From Octopus sinensis (lineage: Eukaryota): a DNA stretch of 64,000 nt. The DNA lies in NCBI RefSeq assembly GCF_006345805.1, contig NC_043003.1:6324001-6388000 (forward strand). Reading direction: 5' to 3'. The notes beneath the pieces are model-generated. The model did no database searches. It was not told the origin of the DNA and worked only from the letters and a program-made list of their open reading frames with translations. Both the position numbers and the translations under genes were made by a program. This document shows, in pieces, positions 37,808 to 51,612 of this stretch (positions are counted from its first letter, which is position 1; each line of letters starts with the position of its first letter).

Positions 37808-38873
37808 GTTTATTCAAAGTAGAGGTTGGGGTCCACCAGGGTTCAGTACTCAGCCCCCTCCTATTTATCATAGTCCTCCAGGCAATTACGGAGGAATTCA
37901 AGACAGGTTGCCCCTGGGAGCTCCTATATGCTGACGACCTTGCTCTAATTGCTGAGTCACTATCAGAACTGGAGGAGAAGTTCCAGGTGTGGAAGGAGGG
38001 ATTAGAATCGAGGGGCCTTAGAGTCAACCTAGCTAAAACCAAAGTACTAATAAGTAGGAAGGTAGACAATCCACAAATGTCTTCAGGAAGATGGCCCTGC
38101 TCGATCTGTAGAAAAGGTGTAGGTAGAAACTCTATAAGATGTACCCAGTGTAAGCTAATGGACACATAAGAGGTGCAGCAATGTCAAAGGAAGGCTAACT
38201 GGGAAGATAGTTTTTGTATGTGGCAGATGCTCGGGAGCATTAACCTCTGAAAATCTGCAGAAAACAACTTCCGTCACTTTCCAGGGGGAAAAACTAGAAA
38301 TAGTTGATAGCTTCCGTTATCTTGGTGATCAAGTCAGTAGTGGGGGTGGGGGTGCTGAAAGTGTAACGGCTAGAGTAAGAATAGCCTGGGCAAAGTTTAG
38401 GGAGCTCTTACCTCTGCTGGTGACTAAAAGCCTCTCACTCAGAGTAAAAGGCAGACTGTATGATGCATGTGTACGAACAGCCATGCTACATGGCAGTGAA
38501 ACATGGGCTGTGACTGCTGAGGACATGCGTAAGCTCGCGAGAAATGAAGCCAGTATGCTCCGATGGATGTGTAATGTCAGTGTGCATACTCGACAGAGCG
38601 TTAGTACCCTGAGAGAAATGTTGGACCTAAGGAGCATCAGTTGTGGTGTGCAAGAGAGACGATTGCGCTGGTATGGTCATGTGGCGAGAATGGATGAAGA
38701 TAGGTGTGTGAAAAAGTGCCAATCCCTAGCAGTAGAGGGAACCCGTGGAAGATGTAGACCCAGGAAAACCTGGGATGAGGTGGTGAAGCACGACCTTCGA
38801 ACTTTAGGTCTCACTGAGGAAATGACCAGCGACCGAGACCTTTGGAAATATGCTGTGCGTGAGAAGACCAGGC
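37808..38873 (+). mobile_element. RTE-clade LINE fragment truncated at both ends
   Basis: KVEVGVHQGSVLSP...YADD...RLRWYGHV...PRKTW; one frameshift near 38157; the 3'UTR is replaced by the palindrome starting at 38874. Confidence 0.92.
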
Positions 38874-39400
38874 AGGCCTCTTCGGAGATTATGTGATACA
38901 AATCAGATTACATACACACTTATATAGGTGTGGGTACATACCCATAATAAAACATATAAATATACATATGAGTGCATATATTCATACTCATAATATTTAT
39001 ATCATTATGTATATGTATATTTATATGTATAGGAGTATGATTATATGCACTCATATGTATATTTATATGTTTTATTATGGGTATGTACCCACACCTATAT
39101 AAGTGTGTATGTAATCTGATTTGTATCACATAATCTCCGAAGAGGCCTTAGGATATTTTTGTAAATGTCTCATTTATAACTACATATTGACCTACCATAA
39201 ATGGCTAATATAAGTAAAATGAGACATACTTATCTGCATGGCCGAAACAGCTGTAAGATGTAGTCTATATTTATATTTATATTTACTTATATTTATATTC
39301 TCTTATACATATTGTACTTATTGTATAACATTACTCCTTTGTGCACACTCCTTTATGTACACTGTTTTGTTCTACATTATTATGTTTCACCTTAAAGTTT
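38874..39400. mobile_element. 275-bp palindrome (38874-39148) plus right-hand extension, probably a Penelope-like terminal repeat
   Basis: Arms AGGCCTCTTCGGAGATTATGTGATAC.../...GTATCACATAATCTCCGAAGAGGCCT; the ORF track gives the same peptide on both strands; the hammerhead motif continues to 39259. Right boundary uncertain. Confidence 0.65.
39133..39259 (+). ncRNA. Type I hammerhead-like motif with ~100-nt stem II and a U4C core variant
   Basis: Stem I ATCT/AGAT; CCGAAGA (39137-39143); stem II GGCC/GGCC enclosing ATGTCTCATTT/AAATGAGACAT; GAAAC-AGCT-GTA (39244-39255, palindromic ACAGCTGT). Confidence 0.5.
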
Positions 39401-42052
39401 CTTATGTGGTGGTTTAATAAAGTATGTGATTGGGTATTATCTGGTAATTGATATTTGATTTGGATGTATTTCTCCATTTTCTTATTTTGTATTTATATAT
39501 ATATATATACATACACACAAACACACACACACACACATATATATATATGTACATACACACACACATATACATATACACACACATATACACATATATATAT
39601 ATATACATATATATATATGTATACATATGTAAAGCTTTGTCCTCCCGTTTCTTGGATCCTGGCCACAATCTGTATGTTAATTACCAAAGTTATTATCAAC
39701 TCCCAATAGTAGTAGTAATAATAAAAACCAAATATTACATGAAGAATATTCTACTAAAAATATTTTATAAAGTCTGACTATATCTAATCAAAACAGAGAT
39801 TTCTCATAAACAACATCACAACCACCACCAGCTTTCTTATCTCTTCCCACCCACACTCACCAGTTTTATTTTCATTGAGATTTCCAATGACTATATTTGC
39901 TCCCCTGGCAACTCATTACCTTTCATCGTGCCAACAGGGGTTACGAAGCACCCCACTTTCCTTCTGATGGAGAGAAACAATGTCTGGATTTATTTCCTTT
40001 GCCATCTCATGTTTAAATGTCAGGTGTATATATGTATGCATGTATATAGCTGGTGTGTATACATACATGTATATGCATATATACACTCACATTTAAATTC
40101 CTGCTATGTACTCTCTTCTACTAGCTAGCCTATAACTTAAACTGTCCCCTATTCTCATTTTCCCTCCTTTTCTTTGAGGGCACTTCCCCAGGATGGTTTG
40201 CAGGATTAAGGTGGCAAGCTGGCAGAAACGTTAGCACGCCAGACGAAATGCCTAGCATATTTCGTCTGCTGCTACGTTCTGAGTTCAAATTCCGCCGAGG
40301 TCGATTTTGCATTTCATCCTTTCGGGGTCATTTAAATAAGTACGAGTTACGCACTGGGGTCGATATAATCGACTTAATCCGTGTGTCTGTCCTTGTTTGT
40401 CCTCTCCGTGTTTAGCCCCTTGTGGGTAGTAAAGAAATAGGTTTTCAGGATTCAGGAAGGTATAACCTCATTGTATAAACTAACCATGTCCAAGAGCCTT
40501 CTACCAGCTGGCAGCTATTCTCACAAATTATGCTCCTTTTAGGCACTGACAACAATTCCCCAATTCTCTTCCCACTCTTCATTCCAAGTTCACAACTTTA
40601 GGGCCATCCCAACCAATGTCAGCAGAATGAAAAGTAGAAATGCTGGAGTGGTTGCATGCAGATGTGTGCTGTGTCCACAGCATAAGATGAAGCCTCATCT
40701 AGGTTCCTCACAGAGAAAGAATATCAACATCATCATCATCATCGTTTAACGTCCACTTTCCATAAGTTGGACGATTTTGACTGAGGGCTGGCAAACCAGA
40801 TGGCTGCACCAGGCTCCAATCTTGATTGGGCAGAGTTTCTACAGCTGGATGCCCTTCCTAATGCCCACATGTACAAAATTCTTTTGAGAAGTCAGCAGTG
40901 ACAGAGAGGGTATGTGTAGGCAAATTTTTGGCAGAGAAATGGGTTGATAAAATAACGGCAGAAGTCAGAGTGTGCTTGTAGGATAGTGAAGTTATTTTAT
41001 GCACCACACTCAAGACTAGCAAGAAGATCCCAAGGACCAATCTTATTAGGTTTATTTTACAGATTACTTCAATGTTGAATGATAATGGCTTTATTTTTAT
41101 CATGGCTTGTGACTTTGACTGACATGTTTGGCAACACACTGATGGATTCCTGAGGGTGCATGGAAGTGACAGCTTCCTATTCGAAACAAAAAGAGAACAA
41201 GACTGCTGGAGTTCTGAGGTGCAGATGATTAGATAATCTGCAGCATTAACTTCAAGAAACCAGTTAGCCTCCTGATTGCCTAACCATATGATGAGCAAAA
41301 AAAAACCCCAGACTGATTACATTCTCACCAATAAAAAAAAAGGAAAAAAAAAGATGCTTGTTGCAAAGTCTTTTTCTGGTGAAGAATGTACAACTTGACA
41401 TAGTTGAGTGGCAGTGACTTCAGACTCAGAGAAACAAACCTGTCTGGCAAAGATAGGATGCTCAAGGCCCTAAAATACAGTCAGTAATTTAGAGAACTTC
41501 TAGAAGCTCTCTCTCTCTCTCCAAGTGAAAAGCAGATTGTATGATATTTGTGTATGAACAACAATGCAGCACAGGAGTGAGAAATGGACCCTGAATGCTG
41601 AAGGTATGAATATTGGAGAGGAATTGAAAAATATGTCCTTGACCGGCTTCCGTGCCGTTGCACGTAAAAAGTACCAACCAATCGTGGCCGTTGCCAGCCT
41701 CCCCTGGCACCTGTGCCAGTGACTGGCTTCCATGCTGGTGGCACGTAAAAAGCACCCACTACACTCACGGAGTGGTTGGCATTAGGAAGGGCATTCAGCC
41801 ATAGAAACACTGCCAGATCAGACTGGAGCCTGGTGCAGCCTCCCTGGCTTTCCAGACCCCAATCGAACTGTTCAACCCGTGCTAGCACGGAAAACGGACG
41901 TTGAACGATGATGATGATGAAACACACCTCACTAACACACATACATAGACATACAACACATAAGCACACAAACCTAAATTCAAGTACATTATAAACAATG
42001 TGGCAGCACTTTATCACCTGTGTGTTAGACTGATCAGATAACGGGGGGGGGG

Positions 42053-42563
42053 ACAGACAGGCAGGCAGGCAGGCAAGCAGGCAGGCTGCTGTGTGATGAA
42101 GAAAGCATTGGAGATGGATGAGTGGGGAGTCAAGGCATCAGGTATTGTAATTAGGAATGTTTAAATGTAACCCTTATTATTAATTATAGGGTAAAGGTGG
42201 GGGGGGCCTAACCTGCATACATTTCTCCCCCTTCACTACTATTAGACAAGAGTTGGGAAAGGACCCTTAAATCATTTAACTGTGACCATGCTGGAGCACT
42301 GCCTTGACACGGGGGTGGGGAGGGTACAGACAGACAGGCAGACAGGCAAGCAGGCAGGCTGCTGTGTGATGAAGAAAGCATTGGGGATGGGTGGGGAGTC
42401 AAGGCATCAGGTATTGTTTAAATGTAACCCCTATTATTAATTATAGGATAAAGGTGGAGGGGGCTTAACCTGCATACATTTTCCCCCTTCACTACTATGA
42501 GACAAGAGTAGGGAAAGGGTCCTTAAACCATTTGACTGTGGCCATGCTGGAGCACTGCCTTGA
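42053..42563. repeat. Tandem duplication, ~270-bp unit x2
   Basis: caggcaggctgctgtgtgatgaagaaagcattgg...catgctggagcactgcc is repeated. Confidence 0.88.
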
Positions 42564-43709
42564 AAGGTTTTAGTCAAAACAAAGCAACCCCAGGACTTAT
42601 GCTTTAAGCCTAGTACTTATGCCATCAGTCTCTTGCCAAACTTCTAAGTTACAGGGACATAAACACACCAACATCGGTTGTCAAGCAGTGATGGTGGGGG
42701 ACAAACACAAACAAAAATTCACACACAAAGATATATACATACATACAAACACACACACACACACTCATATATATGTATACATTATCATCATCATCATCAT
42801 CATTTAACATCCACTTTCTATACTGGCATGGGTTGGATGGACTGAAAACTGGTAAGCTGGTGAGCTGCACCAGGTTCTCATCTGATTTGGGAAGGTTTCG
42901 GTGACTGGATGCCCTTCCTAACACCAACCTCTCCCAGAGTGTAGTGGGTGTTTTTTACATGTCATTGACCTGACACCAACATCTGCCATGACTACGGTTT
43001 CTCTTGGCTTGACAGGCCAACACAAGCAAGGGTGTATCACCAAGGGTCTTGGTCACCTGTCACTGCCTCCATGAGGTCCCAACACTCGAATGGTGCCTGT
43101 TATGTGCCACCCAGCAGAGGTGCCAGTCAGACAGCACTGGCATCAACCATAACTAAGCACAGCATATCATCCAATGATTGATGGGTGCTTTTAATGGGCC
43201 AGTTATGTGACACTGGCATCAGCCACAACTATGACGTCACTTGACTTATGACAGGCTTCTTTCAGTTTCCCTCTACCAAATACACTTACAAAGCTTTGGT
43301 CAGCCCGAGGCTGTAGAAGGCACTTGCCCAAAGTTTCCACGCAGTGGGACTGAATCCAGAACCTTGACGTTGGAAGGCAAAACTTCTTACCACACAGCTA
43401 CGACTCTGCCTATTATACTATAGATGTATATTAAAAATATATCATTTAGTATACATCGTACTTAAATACAAGTTATTATTTGTTTCATGCTGTGAAAAGA
43501 CAAACTGGCAGATTTACATATCATGCCTTGCACTTCCTAGCAATCCTTCAGGATGGTTCAAATACACAAGCAACACAAACATACTACTGAGCAAAATTAA
43601 TTTGTGTAAGTGCAAGTCATACGCCCCCCGGCTGCAGCGACAGAACATCACACTCCCCTGATCACACCATCCCTATTATACTTACCCAACTCCCATCATA
43701 CCAACACCT

Positions 43710-44097
43710 TAAAGGAAGCACTCCGTTGGTTACGACAATGAGGGTTCCGGTTGATCCGAATCAACGGAACAGCCTGCTCGTGAAATTAATGTGTAAGTGG
43801 CTGAGCACTCCACAGACACGTGTACCCTTAACGTAGTTCTCGGGTATATTCAGCGTGACACAGAGAGTGACAAGGCCGGCCCTTTGAAATATAGGTACAA
43901 CAGAAACAGGAAGTAAGAGTGAGAGAACGTTGTGGTGAAAGAGTACAGCAGGGATCACCACCATCCCCTGCCGGAGCCTCGTGGAGCTTTAGGTGTTTTC
44001 GCTCAATAAACACTCACAACGCCCAGTCTGGGAATCGAAACCGCGATCCTACGACCGCGAGTCTGCTGCCCTAACCACTGGGCCATTGCGCCTCCAC
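43710..44097 (-). mobile_element. tRNA-headed SINE family C, full-length copy; same head with different bodies at 16672-17027 and 51047-51361
   Basis: Head GGAGGCGCAATGGCCCAGTGGTTAGGGCAGCAGACTCGCGGTCGTAGGATCGCGGTTTCGATTCCC with A and B boxes, followed by a non-tRNA body. Confidence 0.85.
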
Positions 44098-46751
44098 TAC
44101 CACCACCTATCGTTACTTGTATGTACAGAATACAAGGCAACCTCACTAATGCTGGTGTCATAACAAAATACACCCAGTTGACTCCTGTAAAGTGATTGGA
44201 GAGAAAAAAGTTGTCTAGCTGGAGAAACTGTGTCAAAAATGGAATCTATGGGTGAGATATGTTCCTGTGCCATGTCGTAGGAGGCCAGCAATAACTGTGA
44301 ATATGAAGTGGCTTCAACTGTCACAACCACACCAACAACCCATGATGGTGATGGTAACGAATGAAGAGATGGATTTGTAATAATCCTTTCTACTGTAGGT
44401 AGGAGGCCTGAATTTGGGGGGATGGGGGGAGCAGGGTAAGTCAATTATATTTACCCCCAGTACTCACTGGTACTTACTTTATTGACCCCAAAAGGTTGAA
44501 AGGCATAATGCCAACTGAAATATTTTCTGGTAAAGAACTCAATACATGGTAATCATCATCATCATCATCGTTTAACGTCCGCCTTCCATGCTAGCATGGG
44601 TTGGACAATTTGACCGGGATCTGGGAAGCCAGGAGGCTGCACCAGGCTCCAGTCTGATCTGGCAGTGTTTCTACAGCTGGATGCCCTTCCTAGCGCCAAC
44701 CACTCCGTGATTGTAGTGGGTACTTTTTACGGGTATATTTATGGGGAAACTGTCGGTGATTGATTGACCTTCTGTTGTGTCCTTTCTTATGGTTCAGGTG
44801 TATTAGTACGTATTGGCCCCACATAAAAAGCACCCATGCTGACATCATGTAAACGACACCTGTGCCAGGCCAGGTAAAAAGCACCCTTTGTACACTTTGT
44901 AAAGTGGTTGGCAGTAGGAAGGGCGTACAGCCACAGAAACCCTACTAAAACAGAGGAGTGGAGTTTGATACAGCTCTTCAGCTTCCCAGCTCTGGTCAAA
45001 CAGACCAAACCATACCAACACGGACAACAGAGATTAAATGATAATGATGATGAGGCAGTGAGCTGGCAGACTCGTTAGTGCGTCGGGCGAAATGCGTAGC
45101 CGTATTTCGTCTGTCGTTACGTTCTAAGTTCAAATTCCGCCGAGGTCGACTTTGCCTTTCATCCTTAACGGGGGTCGATAAACTAAGTACCAGTTACGCA
45201 CTGGGGTCGATGTAATCGATTAATTCGTTTGTCTGTTCTTGTTTAGCCACTTGTGGGTAATAAAGAAACAGATAATGGTGATGATGATGATGATAATGAT
45301 GATGACGATGATGTGTATGTGTGTGTGTGTGTGAGAAGTATAAAATGTGATGTAATGGAATTCATGGCATTCCCAACAACAATTGGTGAAAGTCTTGGAA
45401 TTCCTCTGTTATTCCCATCTGAAGTCAAAATGCCCCAGAATGTTCCAGCTGATGGTTTGGAATGTTCTGGAGACAGTAACTAAAGCTGGCTATGACTGAC
45501 GTCAGCTTCCAACAGTACAGAGGTGGTGGTGGTGGTGAGGGTGGTGTGCGACATGTGTGGGGTAGTGGTGGGGGTAGTGGTGGTGGTGTGTGACGGTGAG
45601 GGCTGTGATGGTGCTGCTGGCGGGGGGGGGGATGTAACAGTTATGTTAGTAGGACAGAGGTATGGTAGTACCAGGTTGAGGGGACAAGCTAATAGGGATG
45701 ATGGTGGTGATGGTGTGAGGGATTGAAGTGGACATAAGATGGGAGGAGGGAGAAATGTCACAGGATCAGTTAGGACCCTGAAGTTTTAGAAATGGTGATG
45801 GTGGTGGTAGAGGTGGCAATGTTGTATTCAGTAGTAGTGGTGTGGTGGTAGCAATGATGATGTCTAAGGAATTTAATGTTCCTGTGATGGTGGTGGTGGT
45901 GGTGGAAATGGCAATGATGGTGGGGTGGGGGTGATAACAGAAGGTTTCACCCTCCTCCTCCTCCTCCATCCACCCCATGGGGGTGGTGATGGGGAGGATG
46001 TTATTTAGAATGGAATTTGGCTGTAATCTAATGTTACTAACAAAACTGAATGGTGACACTGTATACCATCCTGTCTTTCGCTGTTGTTTAGCCCAAGGTC
46101 ATTCCTGATCCAGCAGACCTATGATCAAAGCTGCTCCAGCCATGACTCTTCCTGCCTATTTTTTATTCAGACAGACTCACAGGACGGCCTGCTGTGCTAA
46201 CCTTGGATCGTAGAGTGACCCGCTGTTCTTGAGGAGACCTATTGAGTCAAGTACATCAACATCAAAATAAAAATTCAAATGGAAATTGTAGTTAAGACAC
46301 CCGTGCCGGTGACACGTAAAAAGCACCGTCCGAATGTGGCAGATGCCAGCACCACCTGGCTGGCATCCGTGTTGGTAACATGTAAAAGCAGCAACTGATC
46401 ATGGCCATTTGCCAGCCTTCTGTCATCATCATCATCATCCTCATCATTTAACATCCGTTTTCCATGCTAGCATGGGTTGGACGGTTCCACTGGGGTCTGG
46501 TAAGCCATGGAGGCTACACCAGGCTCTGGTCTGATCTGGCAGTGTTTCTACAGCCGGATGCCCTTCCTAATGCCAAACACTCCATGAGTGTAGTGGGTGG
46601 TTTTTACGTGCCACTGGCACAGGTGCCAGGGGAGGCTGGCAAACAGCCACGATGGGTTGGTGCTTTTACATGTCACCAACACAGACGCCAGTCAGGCAGC
46701 GCTGGCATCAGCCACATTCGGACAGTGCTTTTTACATGTGAGCGTGGCAGA

Positions 46752-46800
<49 letters not shown>

Positions 46801-47993
46801 TATATATATAATATATATATATATATATTATATATATATATATATATACATACATATATACGACGGGCCTCCTTCAGCTTCCATCCACCAAATCCACTCA
46901 CAAGGCCTTGGTTGGCCCAAAGCCAGTAGTTTCAAGCTCTGGAAAGGAAGACCTGGTCTGATCCTGGCTATGTTAAGGAGGTGTTTGCTAGGAGAGTCCT
47001 TAATCTTCTGTGGTGATAGCAAAGGGCTCTGACATTTGAAAGACCCATAAGGGATCTTGCTGCATACATTTTAATTTTGGGTTTTTTTTTTTCTTAAGGA
47101 CATAAGATATTCTAGGACTACACTATCTGATGTGTTGTTCTTTTTTATTGTTTATCCCCAAAGTACTGCTCCAGCTGAGCTATAGCTGAAGACATTCCAG
47201 CTTTGAACATCCTGTTTTTTTTTTATTCAGACAGTAGTATATCTAAGAGTACATTGTATAATGTGTACTTTCTTTTTAAGATAATAGGGAGTTCTCTGAA
47301 GGAATCATGTCAACCATTTCTAGCAGAACAAGGGCATTAGTGTTCCCTATGATATACCATTGGTGTATTTATAGGGGACAGTAGTGGTAAACAATTGTGT
47401 GGTAGTGGCCATGGGAGGTAGTGGTGAAGGTGATAGTGGATTAGAACCCAGGTCAGCCCTGATTGAGCAAACCTATGATCAAAGACATTCCAGCCATGAT
47501 CATCCCATCTTTTTCTATGTACAGGGAACCTAAGACTTCATTATACAGTGTTCCTTTTCTAAGACGGTAAGGTGTGAGTTGAAGATTTGGCTGTTATTTC
47601 CAGCAGATTCAGCAACCACACAGCAGCACCTTCAATGTTTGATGTGATGAAAGTATGTGGTAACGGAGGTGGGTGAGTAGAGGCAGGTGATCATTGGAGT
47701 GGTGGTGGTGGTGTTTCCTCTCCCACTCCCCCACATCTTGGACAGTAATGGGGAGGTGGAGAGAAGAGGGGAGAGGGGATTTTGGAAGAAAGTGGGTCAG
47801 GGTGGTCAGAAATGTAGGGGAGAGTAGAAGGGGGTGGGGTGGAGTGTGTCTGTGTTTGTGTTTCTAAAATACTTTCATTGCTGACTTTAAAACCAAGGAA
47901 ATAGGAACAAAAACACCGGAAGTGAAACAACAACAACAAATAAAACAGCTTCTGTTACAAGGACCACTACTACTACTGCTGCTACTCATATTA

Positions 47994-48028
<35 letters not shown>

Positions 48029-48829
48029 TCCATATGCCACTTGGAAAAATCACAGGACATTAAACAATTAAATACACATACACACATATATATACATACA
48101 TACATACATACATACATACATACACACATACATCTCTTTTTAATATAACAACCACTAAGTGACTCAAGGAAGCATCTACAAGTTCACTCAGTTTACTAGA
48201 AACAGCAGCTACATCTTCAAATAATAGCTATTTCTTTACTACCCACAAGGGGCTAAACACAGAGGGGACAAACAAGGACAGACAAAGGGATTAAGTCGAT
48301 TACATCGACCCCAGTGCCTAACTGGTACTTAATTTATCAACCCTGAAAGGATGAAAAGCAAAGTCAACCTCGGTGGAATCTGACCTCAGTACATCAAGAC
48401 AGACGAAATACCTATTTCTTTACTACCCACAAGGGGCTAAACACAGAGGGGACAAACAAGGACAGACAAATGGATTAAGTCGATTACATCGACTCCAGTG
48501 CGTAACTGGTACTTAATTTATTGACCCCGAAAGGATGAAAAGCAAAGTCGACCTCGGCGGAATTTGAACTCGGAACGTAACAGCAGACGAAATACCGCTA
48601 AGCATTTCACCTGGCGTGCTAACGTTTCTGCCAGCGCGCTGCCTACATCTTCAAATAATAGCCTACTGGTTTTAGAATAAAGGATGCACAGTCTGAACAT
48701 AGTTCTGTTCCTGAAATAAGACTTCCCCACCACCAAGTCCTGAACCAAGTGGAGCTAGAGAATCAACCCGACTGGTTACTCCAATCACCACCCCCACCAA
48801 ATTCAATGAAGTCACCCAGTTTATACAAT

Positions 48830-50990
48830 ACAGAGGTGTCAAATTACTGGATCAAGTCAAGATAGTTACACAAAAGGTCGCTGCTCAACTAATTAAGAAG
48901 AGAGTTTAATGAGATGAGATGCTGCTTGGTTTTGTGCCAAGATACTATCTTCCTAGAAAGGCAAATACAGGAGGAGAAACATATAGCCAGAAATATGCCA
49001 CTGTACTTGGCATTTGTTGATACGGAGAAAGCCCTTGACAGGGTCCATCGCTCCCACATGTGGTGGTTGATGTGGAAGCTAGGGGTAGATGGGTGGCTGG
49101 TGGTAGCAGACCATGCCATGTACAGGAATGCTGTCAGTAGTGTAGCAATGAATTTAGTGAGCAGGTAGGAGTTCACTAAGGCCCCTCTCTCAGCCCCCTC
49201 TTCTTTATCATCGTCCTCCATACCATAACAGAGGAATTTCAAACTGGTTTGCCATGAGATCTTCTCTATGCTGATGACCCCTGTTCTTATAAGCTGAATC
49301 TCGAGTGGAATTAGAGAAATTTCAGGGGTGAAAACAAAGCCTGGAATCGAAGGGTTTTAGAGTTAATTTAGCAAAGACCAAAAGTCTAGTAAGCAGGAAA
49401 GCAGATAAATTACTAATCCCTCCAGGGAAATGGCCCTGCTTATCATCATCATCATCATCATCATCATTGTTTAACGTCCGCCTTCCATGCTAGCATGATT
49501 TGGACGGTTTGACTGAGGGCTGGCAAACCAGATGGCTGCACCAGACTTCAATCTTGATCTGGCAGAGTTTCTACAGCTGGATGTCCTTCCTAATGCCAAC
49601 CACTCCGAGAGTGTAATGGGTGCTTTTTATGTGCCACCAGCAGGGAGCCAGTCAGGTGGTACTGGCAATGACCTCACTTGAATCTTTTTACACGTGCCAC
49701 CGGCACAGGTGCCAGTAAGGCACCGTTGGTAACAATCACGCTCAAATGGTGCCCTTTTACATGCCACCGGCATGGAAGCCAGTTGGCTGCTCTGGTAACA
49801 ATCACACTTGGATGGTGCTCTTGGCACCCTGCTAGCACGGGCACAAGTGCCAGTAAGGCGACGCTGGTAATGATCACACTCGAATGGTGCCCTTTTATGT
49901 GCCACTGGCACGGAAGCCGATTAGCCACTCTGTTAAACGATCACACTCATATGGTGCTCTTTGCACCCCGCTAGCACGGATGCCAGTCATCGAATGTGAT
50001 TTTGATTTCACTTTCCTCAACAGGTCTTCACAAGCAGAGTTTAGTGACCAAAGAAGGAAAAGGTACACATAAAGGTGTAGAAAGAAATTCCATGATGTAC
50101 CCAGTAAAAGCTATGGACACATAAGATGTGCAGTGGAACCACAGGAAGGTTAACAGAGAAAGTAGTATTTGCATGCAGCAGATGTGCAGGAAACAGTAAA
50201 CACTAAGAACACACAGGAAACAGATTTTTCCTGAAATGGCCCTGGTGAGGATTCTTAGAAGTAACAGATTCTGTTATCTAGGTGATCAAATTAGCAGTGA
50301 AGGAGGATGCTCTGAAAGTATAGTTGCCAGAATAAGAGCCAGCTGGGCAAAAATCAGAAAGTTTATTATCTTTATTGCTAACAAAGGACCTTGGCTGGGT
50401 CAACCAGGAGAATTCATCTACGAAGCAATTGCCCCAGCTTCCCTTCAGCGTTGGCGAAAGCGATGTGGTGGACAACAAAAAACCTGGCTGATGACAGTCA
50501 AGGCTGATCTGGAACCCAACCTAGGCTCCCATATCTATAGCGACGCCGCTGGAATAAAGAGTGGTTGGAGATCACGTGGTCGTTAGCCTCAAATCGCCAG
50601 GCCTGGTCAGCGTTTGTGAGAGATGCAGTATTGAGGATGAATGAAGCCAGCTCAACCCACCCCGGGTGAATGCTGTCTCAAGACAAGAAGAAGACAAGAC
50701 TATATGAAGCTTGTGTATGAGCAGCTATGCTACATGGTAGTGAAACATGGGCTGTGACTGTAGAAGACATGTGATGGCACGAAAGAAATGAAAGCAGAAT
50801 GTGCATTGTCAATGTGAATAATCAACAAAGTGTAAATATGTTGGGGGAAAAATTGGGTATAAGAAGCATCAGATGTATAAGAGAGAAGACTGAGCTGGTT
50901 AGGTCAAGTGATGAGGACGACTGCGTAAAGAAATGATGATCAGTAAATGTGGAGGGCACATGTGGAAGAGGAAGATGTAGGAAGAAGTAG
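48830..50990 (+). mobile_element. Old degraded RTE LINE carrying two nested insertions
   Basis: RT remnants (LAFVDTEKALDRV at ~49010; FCYLGDQISSEGG at ~50270; LHGSETWAVT at ~50730), interrupted by a minus-strand RTE 3'UTR (49442-50050) and another LINE 3' end (50390-50700). Confidence 0.8.
50390..50700 (+). mobile_element. 3' end of a second RTE-like LINE family
   Basis: RWRKRCGGQQKTWLMTVKADLE...NRQAWSAFVRDAV C-terminal motif and caagacaagaagaagacaagac tail. Confidence 0.6.
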
Positions 50991-51364
50991 GACAAAATGA
51001 AGAAAGATTTTAAGATGTTGAGCTTGACAAAAGACTGAGAAAATTGGTTTGTTGCTTTTTGTTTGTTCTTTCTCGAGCCATCCCTGGCTCATAGGGCCGG
51101 TTTCCCGGTTTCCTTGGCATATAGGTTCCTCACCTGGATGGGACGCCGGTCCGTCACAGGTGAGCAGCAAGATGCAGGAGGAAAGAGTGAGAGAAAGTTG
51201 TAGCGAAAGAGTCAGCAGAAGTTCGCCATTACCTTCTGCCGGAGCCGCGTGGAGCTTAGGTGTTTTGCTCTTAAACACACACATTGCCCGGTCTGAGATT
51301 TGAACCTGCGATCCCTTGACCGCGAGTCAGCTGCTCTAACCACTAGGCCATGTGCCTTCACAAA

Positions 51365-51612
51365 AAATAATAAATGCGCCCTTTTAAAGCCTAGCCAGGC
51401 TCATGGGCCCGGTACCCCAGTTTTTATGGCGTATGTGTTCCCCAAATGGACGGGACACCAGTCCATCACAGCGTTACTCATTTTTGCCAGCTGAGTGGAC
51501 TGGAGCAACGTAAAATGAAGTGTTTTGCTCAAGAACACAACGCGTCGCCCAGTCCAGGAATCAAAACCACCATCTTACGATCATGGTGCTGACACCCTAA
51601 CCACTAAGCCAC
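51365..51612 (-). mobile_element. tRNA-headed SINE family D
   Basis: gtggcttagtggttagggtgtcagcac...gattcctggactggg head, central ttgctccagtccactcagctgg segment, short tail; directly adjacent to the family C copy. Confidence 0.7.

Noticed and set aside
40858-41298. 146-aa minus-strand ORF in unique sequence
   Set aside because: No recognisable domain and no convincing splice sites.
44020-44097. tRNA gene (also SINE heads at 17027, 51361, 51612 and families A/B)
   Set aside because: A/B boxes are present but run into SINE bodies; no complete cloverleaf was found.
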